Below the pieces are notes generated by a model. It was not told the origin of the DNA, searched no databases, and saw nothing but the letters and a program-made list of their open reading frames with translations. Positions 16,384 through 23,455 of a stretch of DNA of 64,000 bases are shown here, piece by piece. The DNA is from Anaerolineaceae bacterium (GTDB taxonomy: Bacteria; Chloroflexota; Anaerolineae; Anaerolineales; Anaerolineaceae). The position numbers and the translations under genes were made by a program. Within the stretch, counting starts at the first letter, position 1. Every line of letters begins with the position of its first letter. Location of the stretch: positions 2,315,484-2,379,483 of the forward strand of contig OY771913.1 of assembly GCA_963674975.1 (NCBI GenBank). The letters are read 5' to 3'.

Positions 16384-18129
16384 ATGAAGACAATGATCGC
16401 AGTAAACCATGTAATTTATTCTTATACTCTTCCTTCTGGAGATCGTATTCAAGCGGTTCGGGATATCACACTGACGATCCCCCAGGGGGAGCGGGTGGCT
16501 ATTATCGGTGCGAACGGATCGGGAAAAACAACCCTTGTGAAATTAATAAATGGTTTGATTGCCCCTGATAGCGGTTCGGTTTTGATCGATGGATTTTCAA
16601 CAACAGATCGAACTCATTATTCTGAGATCATAAAAAGAATGGGGTTGATTTTCCAGAATCCGCTTGATCAGATCGTGGCTTCAGTGGTGGAAGAGGATAC
16701 TGCGTTCGGACCGGAAAATCTATGCCTGCCCCGCTCAGAGATCATCGAACGGGTCGATACCAGTCTTGCGCTGAGTGGGGCATCTCATCTGAAAGAAAGA
16801 CAGACCTACTTGTTATCAGCCGGAGAAACACAACGTGTGGCTCTGGCGGGTGTGCTGGCTCTGCGCCCTTCCTGTTTGATCTTTGACGAGACCACATCAA
16901 AACTGGATCCCTATTCAAGCAGAGAATTATTAAACCTGATGGCTGATTATCATTCTCAAGGCTTTACCATAATCCATGTGACCCATACTCTGGATGAAGC
17001 CCTGGCGGCAGATCGAATTCTGGTCCTCTCTCAAGGGAAGCTTGTAATGGATGGGTCACCCCGGGAAATATTTCGCGATGAGGTTTCTCTGCAGGCTTAC
17101 AATCTGCTTGTTCCTCCAACGGTACGCTTTGCGATAGACCTCTCTTCAATTTTCCCGCAGGTAAGTTCTTTTTATCACTCGCATGTGGATCTACTGGTTG
17201 ATCTAGGCAGAGTCCCGACCGGCATCTATAAGAAAGAAAGTTCCCCTGAATTCCCAAAAGTGAAGCACTCAAAAGAATTCATTCGCGTCGAACATCTATC
17301 TCATACTTACATGATGGGCACTTCACTGGCACACCGCGCCCTTGACGATGTTACTTTTGCCATTGATGAGGGTAAATGCACCGGTTTGATCGGACATACC
17401 GGATCGGGAAAATCAACGCTGCTGCAGCATCTAAATGGATTGTTCAAACCGCAGCAGGGAACAGTTCGAATAGGGGAATTTGATCTTAGTCAGAGCTCCC
17501 TGGATATAAAAAGGCTGCGTCAGCAGGTGGGTTTGATCTTTCAAAACCCGGAAACCCAATTCTTTGAGACGTATGTGGGAGATGAAATTGCGTACGCAGC
17601 CCGTATGCTGGGCTACACAGGTAAGCTTCGTGATCTGGTGCGTACTGCCATGGAAACAGTGGGACTGGATTTTAAAGTATTTGTGGATAGACCGTTATCC
17701 AGTTTGAGCGGTGGGGAAAAGCGCAAAGTTGCACTGGCTTCTTATCTGGTGGTGCAGCCGCAGGTACTGCTGCTGGATGAGCCGTTTGCAGGATTGGACC
17801 CGCTCATTCATCAGGAGATGGTCGCATTGATGAACCGCTTGAAAGACGATGGAAAAACGTTGATCTTGAGCACGCACCAGATGCGCGATCTGCTGCAGAT
17901 CACACAACAGGTAATAGTGATGCAGAAAGGAAAGCTTGTTTTCAAAGATGCGCTCCCCGCTTTATTTAATGTTTCTGAAATGCAGGAATGGAAATTGGAT
18001 CTTCCGCTTGAGATGAAAATAACCGGGGAATTGCGAAAGAAAGGGTGGGAAATTCCAGCAGGATTGATGAACTGGAGAGACATTTTTGAATGGCTGCAGG
18101 CTGTAACCGGAGAGCATAAAAATGGCTGA
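16384..18129 (+). CDS. ecfA: ECF transporter ATPase, fused EcfA1-EcfA2 (two ABC domains)
   Basis: 581 aa with two Walker A motifs (GANGSGKTT, GHTGSGKST), two signature motifs (LSAGETQRV, LSGGEKRKV) and two Walker B motifs (LIFDET, LLLDEP). Confidence 0.85.
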   Translation: MKTMIAVNHVIYSYTLPSGDRIQAVRDITLTIPQGERVAIIGANGSGKTTLVKLINGLIAPDSGSVLIDGFSTTDRTHYSEIIKRMGLIFQNPLDQIVASVVEEDTAFGPENLCLPRSEIIERVDTSLALSGASHLKERQTYLLSAGETQRVALAGVLALRPSCLIFDETTSKLDPYSSRELLNLMADYHSQGFTIIHVTHTLDEALAADRILVLSQGKLVMDGSPREIFRDEVSLQAYNLLVPPTVRFAIDLSSIFPQVSSFYHSHVDLLVDLGRVPTGIYKKESSPEFPKVKHSKEFIRVEHLSHTYMMGTSLAHRALDDVTFAIDEGKCTGLIGHTGSGKSTLLQHLNGLFKPQQGTVRIGEFDLSQSSLDIKRLRQQVGLIFQNPETQFFETYVGDEIAYAARMLGYTGKLRDLVRTAMETVGLDFKVFVDRPLSSLSGGEKRKVALASYLVVQPQVLLLDEPFAGLDPLIHQEMVALMNRLKDDGKTLILSTHQMRDLLQITQQVIVMQKGKLVFKDALPALFNVSEMQEWKLDLPLEMKITGELRKKGWEIPAGLMNWRDIFEWLQAVTGEHKNG

Positions 18130-18952
18130 TTTTGAATATCTACGCTCTATTGGAATTGGTTATTATTACCCGGGCAGCTCTTTTTTCCATCAGCGAGATG
18201 CGCGCATAAAAATCCTGTTCTTCAGTATTCTTATCCTTGCTGCAGCCGTTACAACCTCTTTGACCGGTCTGATTCTGGCATTCTTGTTGACTTGCCTTGG
18301 TTTTTGGCTGGCGCGGGTATCGCTGATCCCATCCCTGCGCACGATCCGTTCTGTGGTGCCTTTTCTATTCTTCCTGATCATCCTTCAAGCGGTGTTTTTC
18401 AAACCGGATGAAAATTCAATTTTGTTGTGGCAGTGGAAGTTTATAAAGATCTACTCGGATACTTTGTTTTCTGCGGTAATCCTGCTGATCCGATTTCTTG
18501 CTCTGATCCTGCTGCTGGGATTAATGACTTCGGTGCTCTCGACTTTAGAGATGAACCATGGGTTGGAACTGCTCATGCGACCTTTAGAAAAGATAGGGAT
18601 TCGCACGGAAGGGTTTGTAATGGTCATTCAGATCATGTTGCGCTTTTTACCGCTTCTAGCGCTGAGAATGGAAGAGATCGCAAAATCTCAGGCTGCGCGC
18701 GGGGCAGGCTGGGATGAAGCGAAGGGCGGTATTTTCAAGCGTATTCGATTGGTCTTTCCTTTGATCGTTCCGCTTTTCTTGAATACCTTACAGCAATCAG
18801 AGCGAGTGGCAGATGCTATGCTGTGCCGCGGTTACGGCATGAATATAAAGCGCACCCATTATTATGAATATCATATCAGCTGCCGCGATATTCTTTTTCT
18901 TGCTGCCGGATTTGGGATCGCGGGGATAGTACTTTTCCTACCATCTTTCTAA
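18122..18952 (+). CDS. ecfT: ECF transporter transmembrane component EcfT
   Basis: 276 aa polytopic protein. The start overlaps the ecfA stop by 8 nt. The EcfT-type coupling motif IAKSQAARGAG is present. Confidence 0.85.
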   Translation: MADFEYLRSIGIGYYYPGSSFFHQRDARIKILFFSILILAAAVTTSLTGLILAFLLTCLGFWLARVSLIPSLRTIRSVVPFLFFLIILQAVFFKPDENSILLWQWKFIKIYSDTLFSAVILLIRFLALILLLGLMTSVLSTLEMNHGLELLMRPLEKIGIRTEGFVMVIQIMLRFLPLLALRMEEIAKSQAARGAGWDEAKGGIFKRIRLVFPLIVPLFLNTLQQSERVADAMLCRGYGMNIKRTHYYEYHISCRDILFLAAGFGIAGIVLFLPSF

Positions 18953-19036
18953 TAATCCCGAAAATCACAAAAAATTCATAAATAACCGATACTTTCTCAA
19001 CAGATTTCTTCTATCCTATGTTTGAAAGGATCAAAA

Positions 19037-19780
19037 ATGAAGAAAACAATAATAGTCATACTCAGCTTAATAATAGCCGCTGTTTTAGTCAGCGCTTGCA
19101 GTTCACAAAATGCAGTTTCAGCACAATTGAATGACGAGATCAATTATGTGGAATATACCGCTCCCAGCAGCGATGTTGTGGAAAATGGTACTCAATATGG
19201 AAGATCGGATACGGATACCAGCCATTTATTGATCAACGGTGATGTTGATCTGACAGCAGAAGAGATCGATGATCTGCTGTATATGCGCGAAGAAGAAAAA
19301 CTTGCCCGTGATGTGTACCAGTTCCTGTACGAGCAGTGGGGATTGACCGTATTTCAGAGCATCAGCCAGAGTGAACAAAATCACATGGATTCTGTTCTGG
19401 AACTGCTGGTCGCTTATGGGATCGATGATCCCGCGGCAAACACCGCTGTTGGTGAATTTACCAATGAAGTACTGCAGGATCTATATAATTCGCTTACGAC
19501 CCAGGGTTCGGTTAGCCTTGAACAGGCTTTACGTGTGGGTGCTTTGATCGAAGAAGTGGATATTCAGGATCTTGAAGAATCCTTATTAAAGACTACCAAT
19601 GCAGACATAACCAGAGTTTACTCGAACCTGCTGTTTGGCTCAGAAAATCACCTGCGTTCTTTCACCAGCCAATTATCACGCCAGATCGGTGTGGTGTATG
19701 AACCAAGCATTCTATCACCCGAACGCTACCAGGAGATTATCAACAGTCAACCCGGTCGCGGTGGGCGCTCGAATCACTAA
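19037..19780 (+). CDS. Lipoprotein with DUF2202 (ferritin-like) domain
   Basis: Signal peptide with lipobox VSAC. EEEKLARDVYQFLYEQWGLTVFQSISQSEQNHMDSVLELL matches DUF2202 as I recall it. I chose the ATG at 19037 (AAGGA 6 nt upstream) over the TTG at 19022. Confidence 0.65.
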   Translation: MKKTIIVILSLIIAAVLVSACSSQNAVSAQLNDEINYVEYTAPSSDVVENGTQYGRSDTDTSHLLINGDVDLTAEEIDDLLYMREEEKLARDVYQFLYEQWGLTVFQSISQSEQNHMDSVLELLVAYGIDDPAANTAVGEFTNEVLQDLYNSLTTQGSVSLEQALRVGALIEEVDIQDLEESLLKTTNADITRVYSNLLFGSENHLRSFTSQLSRQIGVVYEPSILSPERYQEIINSQPGRGGRSNH

Positions 19781-19795
19781 GAAAAAAGCGGTTCA

Positions 19796-20371
19796 TTACG
19801 AACCGCTTTTTTCATCTTCCAGATTGGATCCTTTTTTCCTGGTTGGCAGATTCCAGTAAGCCCCAATAACAGCCAATGTGATCAAGGCAGAAGCAGCCAT
19901 TTCCGGTAAGCCATTGGTGACGACCACCAACCCCAGAGCCTCCCAGGGTAAATATCTCATGATCCCGATGATTCCGAGTACCAGTATCGTATTGGTCAAA
20001 CTTCCCACCGCTCCCGCTGCGATCAGACCTACCGTGCGCCAGCGTTTGAGGAGTGAGAAAATGCACCAGGCAGCCGGTCCAATGAATAGCCGGGGAAGCA
20101 CTGATAATACCGGATTGGTAAACCATACGTCAGTTGGTCCGCTTGGCGCCACCGCAGCCTGGATCATGCTGAATATTCCAAAGATGAGTCCAACAACAGC
20201 ACTCGAAATGGGTCCTTCTAACACTGCTGCGATAACTACCGGAATCTGTAAAATAGTCAGAGAAACTCCGCCAATCCAGGGGATAAAGCCCCAGTGCGTT
20301 GCTCCCAGTAAACAGGCAATTGCTGCCATCAACCCTGTTGTAACGATCCTTTTTGTTTGTTCACGGTTCAT
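19796..20371 (-). CDS. ECF transporter S (substrate-capture) component, substrate unknown
   Basis: About 190 aa with 5-6 TM helices. LTILQIPVVIAAVLEGP...GLIFGIFSM is typical of S components. I chose the start at 20371 (MNREQTKR) with GGAGGG 8 nt upstream. Confidence 0.6.
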   Translation of the reverse strand: MNREQTKRIVTTGLMAAIACLLGATHWGFIPWIGGVSLTILQIPVVIAAVLEGPISSAVVGLIFGIFSMIQAAVAPSGPTDVWFTNPVLSVLPRLFIGPAAWCIFSLLKRWRTVGLIAAGAVGSLTNTILVLGIIGIMRYLPWEALGLVVVTNGLPEMAASALITLAVIGAYWNLPTRKKGSNLEDEKSGS

Positions 20372-20437
20372 AAATTTGTCCCTCCAGACAGGAAAACATT
20401 CTAACACGGTTGACAGGCGCAGATCAGAAAGTTGAGA

Positions 20438-21160
20438 TTATTTGACAGCACGGATGTGAAGAAAGCATGGTTCATGAAGCAGAGATTGATAGATCTCCTC
20501 GGTTTCTGTAGTTCGAGGAAAATTCGGAGCGGGCAGCGGCTCAAGAACCTTATCAAGGTGAAACCCGGCTTCAACCAGAGGATTCAGCATCGCCTGTAAA
20601 GGACGCCGGTAGCTTTTTATTACAGGATAGGGTTTGCCAAATCCATCCCATTCCAGTTCGTGTAAAACGGTTTCAAAATAGGTATCGTTGGACCAGATCT
20701 TATAGAAGATCAAAGCTGGATGAACGCAGGAGAAAATGAACGTACCACCCGGTTTCAATACTCGAAAAAACTCTTTGAAAAGGGGCGCCCAGTCTTGAAT
20801 GTAATCAAGAACCAGAGGGCAGAGGACGAGGTCAAAGGAATCATCTTCTGCAAAGGTCAGGGGTTTTTCAAGATCCCACTGAAACACGCTGGCTTTCTGC
20901 CCTGTTTTCTTTCTGGTCATCTCAACGAATTCGGGCGTGACATCGATCGAAGTGATGGTCGCCCCGTGTTCGATGAGCCGTGCTGAATAAATTCCAGGAC
21001 CGCAGCCAGCATCCAGAACTGAAAGACCTTTGACATCAGGCAGGAGGGAAAGGGTTGCAGGTCTTTCGTAAAATGCGTTATGCGGTTTATCAACGACTTT
21101 CTGCGCGTAGCGCTCTGCAAATGCAGAGTAATTCTCTTCTCCGAGGCTCTTTTTGGACAT
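20438..21160 (-). CDS. Class I SAM-dependent methyltransferase
   Basis: 240 aa with motif I VLDAGCGPGIYS and post-I/II motifs. Confidence 0.8.
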   Translation of the reverse strand: MSKKSLGEENYSAFAERYAQKVVDKPHNAFYERPATLSLLPDVKGLSVLDAGCGPGIYSARLIEHGATITSIDVTPEFVEMTRKKTGQKASVFQWDLEKPLTFAEDDSFDLVLCPLVLDYIQDWAPLFKEFFRVLKPGGTFIFSCVHPALIFYKIWSNDTYFETVLHELEWDGFGKPYPVIKSYRRPLQAMLNPLVEAGFHLDKVLEPLPAPNFPRTTETEEIYQSLLHEPCFLHIRAVK

Positions 21161-21598
21161 AAGATTCCCTTTTAAGCAATTCTAATGCAGTAGATTGGGG
21201 TTATAAATATCAGATAATATTACAAAGGAATATCAATTATGGCAATTCAGATCATAAAACGAGAATGGAATCCGCTTCCCTCATTAAACTCTGTCACGGC
21301 AGTTTTCTGGCGGCTGCCGGTTATGACTTTGAGACGCGAGATTGCTGAGATCACATTGGGGGCGATCCTTTTTTTGTATTTCATGAAGCTCTATTACCGC
21401 TTATTAATAAAGCTGGCGCCAATAATTCAGCATTTCAATCCACGAGCTTTTCGGCAGATCCATTTTGGTTTGAGTTTTTTCTTCTATGAGAAGATCATTC
21501 CGTCTCCGGGAGCGCTGCTGCGTCGGGGATTGAAAATCTATCAAAAAATGTAATTTGCTGCCAATGATAAATTTTAAGATTAAAAGTTGTCCATACCA

Positions 21599-21627
21599 TT
21601 TACAAGATAAAAAAGTTATGATATATT
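21599..21627 (+). promoter_or_regulatory. Predicted promoter of the permease leader (TTTACA-17-TATATT)
   Basis: -35 at 21599-21604 and -10 at 21622-21627. This predicts a leader of about 150 nt ending at the ATG at 21786. Confidence 0.35.
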
Positions 21628-21637
21628 CAAACAGTTT

Positions 21638-21714
21638 TGCCAACAGGAGATTTCATGAAGATAGGAAATGAAAAACTGAAGTTTACCACCTGGATACATT
21701 CCAGATTGTTGGCA
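21638..21714 (+). ncRNA. Candidate riboswitch-like three-way junction in the permease leader
   Basis: P1 UGCCAACA (21638-21645) pairs with UGUUGGCA (21707-21714). P2 UUUCAU (21651-21656) pairs with AUGAAA (21668-21673), with an 11-nt loop. P3 CUGGA (21690-21694) pairs with UCCAG (21700-21704), with a 5-nt loop. All pairings were checked by hand. Confidence 0.35.
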
Positions 21715-21734
21715 TTTTTAATTTGTAAAAAAAA

Positions 21735-21762
21735 GGCCCCCATTTATTGGGGGTCTTTTTTT
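21735..21762 (+). terminator. Intrinsic terminator inside the permease leader
   Basis: GGCCCCC-atttatt-GGGGGTC followed by T7, preceded by A8. It ends 23 nt before the permease ATG and just before its SD (AAAGGAGA). Confidence 0.7.
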
Positions 21763-21785
21763 GAATAAAACCAAAGGAGAAAAAG

Positions 21786-23162
21786 ATGAAAGAAATAGAA
21801 AAAAACAATTATTATCTTCCCAATGACAAGCCGCCTCTGGGCAAAATGCTGCTGCTGGGCTTGCAGCACGTTTTGACCATGTTCCCGGCGACTGTGCTGG
21901 TGGCACTGTTGGTAGGGTTTCATATCAACACCGTGCTTCTGGCATCGGGTATGGCAACCCTGGTAGCACTAATCTTATCAAAGCTGAAAATCGGCACATT
22001 TATCCCTCTTTACTACGGCTCGAGTTTTAGCTACCTGGCAGCGATCATGGCGATCACGAAAGCACAATATGGTGTAGTCGCTCCGGATGAATTAATTCGC
22101 ACAGCGCAGGCAGGTATTGTATGTACCGGCATCATTAACATTCTCGTCGGATTGCTGATCCATTATTGCGGCGGGAAAAAAGTCATCAATAAAGTTCTAC
22201 CTCCTATTGTTACCGGTTCTGTCGCCTGCGTGATCGGATTTTCCCTTGGCTATACCGCTCTTCAAAATGCAAGTGGCGGATCTTTTGGTATCACGGACAA
22301 CGGTGCCTGGTGGTTGGCAGCCTTCATCACTTTGCTTGCCACAGTATTCTTCTCCGTCTTTCTTAGGGGAAAGGGCTTTATCGGTATGCTGCCGATCTTG
22401 CTGGGAGCGATCGTCGGTTATGTTGCTGCCGTACCACTCGGTCTGGTCGATTTTACACTGATCACCCAGGCACAGATCATTGAAGCTCCTCACATCACTT
22501 TCCCTTCCTTTACCAACGAGCTTTCCATGACTGCCATTGCCAGCATTGCTATTATGGCGATTGCGACCATTCCGGAATCAACGGCGCATCTCTATCAGAT
22601 CAGTTTATATGTTGACAAACTAGCAGAACAAAAAGGTAGAGAAAAAGTTGGGCTGAATAAATTCGTCGGCTTCAACCTGATCCTTGATGGAATTGGAGAC
22701 ATGATCAACGGTCTCATCGGTGGTGCTGCAGGCACGAACTATGGAGAAAATAACTCTCTCATGGTTATCAGCCAGAATTATTCAGGTTATACACTGATTG
22801 TTGCTTCCCTCATGGCTATTCTCCTTTCTTTTAGTGGTACTTTGAGCGGCATTGTACAAAGTATTCCAACCGCAGTAACAGGTGGTCTTTCGATCTATCT
22901 GTTTGGCATAATTGGAATGCAGGGTATTGCCCTGATGATCGAAGAAAAAGTGGATATGTTCGATCCAAAGAATCTTGCCATCGGTGCAGTGATTTTCATT
23001 ATTGGAGTAGGTGGGCACATCGGTTATTCCAATGGCTTGATGCCGATCCCGCTGCTCAAATCAATCTTCCCCGACGGCTGGCCGGCGATTGCCACCGGTG
23101 CATTGCTGGGGATCATTCTGAATCTTATCTTCAATGTCTTTAGTAAGAAAAGCGCTGAATAA
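21786..23162 (+). CDS. NCS2-family nucleobase:cation symporter, uracil-permease-like (UraA/PyrP type)
   Basis: 458 aa. Collinear similarity to my recollection of E. coli UraA: LGLQHVLTMFPATVLV, FHINTVLLASG, GENNSLMVISQ, GGLSIYLFGIIGMQGI. Confidence 0.85.
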   Translation: MKEIEKNNYYLPNDKPPLGKMLLLGLQHVLTMFPATVLVALLVGFHINTVLLASGMATLVALILSKLKIGTFIPLYYGSSFSYLAAIMAITKAQYGVVAPDELIRTAQAGIVCTGIINILVGLLIHYCGGKKVINKVLPPIVTGSVACVIGFSLGYTALQNASGGSFGITDNGAWWLAAFITLLATVFFSVFLRGKGFIGMLPILLGAIVGYVAAVPLGLVDFTLITQAQIIEAPHITFPSFTNELSMTAIASIAIMAIATIPESTAHLYQISLYVDKLAEQKGREKVGLNKFVGFNLILDGIGDMINGLIGGAAGTNYGENNSLMVISQNYSGYTLIVASLMAILLSFSGTLSGIVQSIPTAVTGGLSIYLFGIIGMQGIALMIEEKVDMFDPKNLAIGAVIFIIGVGGHIGYSNGLMPIPLLKSIFPDGWPAIATGALLGIILNLIFNVFSKKSAE

Positions 23163-23174
23163 AGAATATATATT

Positions 23175-23206
23175 AATTCGCCACAGCACTACTGCTGTGG
23201 CGAATT
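23175..23206. terminator. 13-bp perfect hairpin after the permease gene
   Basis: AATTCGCCACAGC-actact-GCTGTGGCGAATT. There is no long T-run, only gttt. Confidence 0.5.
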
Positions 23207-23323
23207 GTTTAATCCACTATCGCTGTAAAATTTATTTTTATTAACTCAAAATAGCTTGCTCTAAAGGTCTCGACCCAGAGTAATTGTTTTAGATTTCAGC
23301 TAGCGTGATCAATCAAAGAGTGG

Positions 23324-23422
23324 TTATTTCTTTTTCTTGTCTTTCTTTTCTTTTTTCTCTTTCTTGCCCTTCTTCTCTTTTTTGTCTTTCTTTTCCTTCT
23401 TGTTTTCCTCTTTCTTTCCCAT
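23324..23422 (-). CDS. Candidate 32-aa Lys/Glu-only micro-ORF on a ~100 nt polypurine tract
   Basis: My translation: MGKKEENKKEKKDKKEKKGKKEKKEKKDKKKK*. GGAG lies 7 nt upstream of the ATG, and the ORF starts 33 nt after the stop of the ATPase gene. It could equally be a non-coding polypurine/polypyrimidine tract. Confidence 0.3.
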   Translation of the reverse strand: MGKKEENKKEKKDKKEKKGKKEKKEKKDKKKK

Positions 23423-23455
23423 TTGAAAACTCCTTTCCCTTTCTAATTCAGGATT

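Noticed and set aside
21239-21553. 104-aa plus-strand ORF in the 625-nt gap between the methyltransferase and permease genes
   Set aside because: It has a weak AAAGGA upstream and one hydrophobic stretch, but no recognisable family and an odd composition. I cannot support it as a gene and left it unresolved rather than annotating it. If real, its transcript would also run into the leader and terminator at 21735-21762.
21638-21714. Calling the permease leader a canonical purine (guanine/adenine) riboswitch or a PyrR binding loop
   Set aside because: J1/2 is GGAGA rather than the conserved U-rich UAUAAU-type junction. J2/3 lacks the CU of UUUCUACC and carries extra nucleotides, and L3 lacks the CC needed for the loop-loop kiss. 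For PyrR, only UCCAGA matches the UCCAGAGAGG core. Only the architecture is reported.
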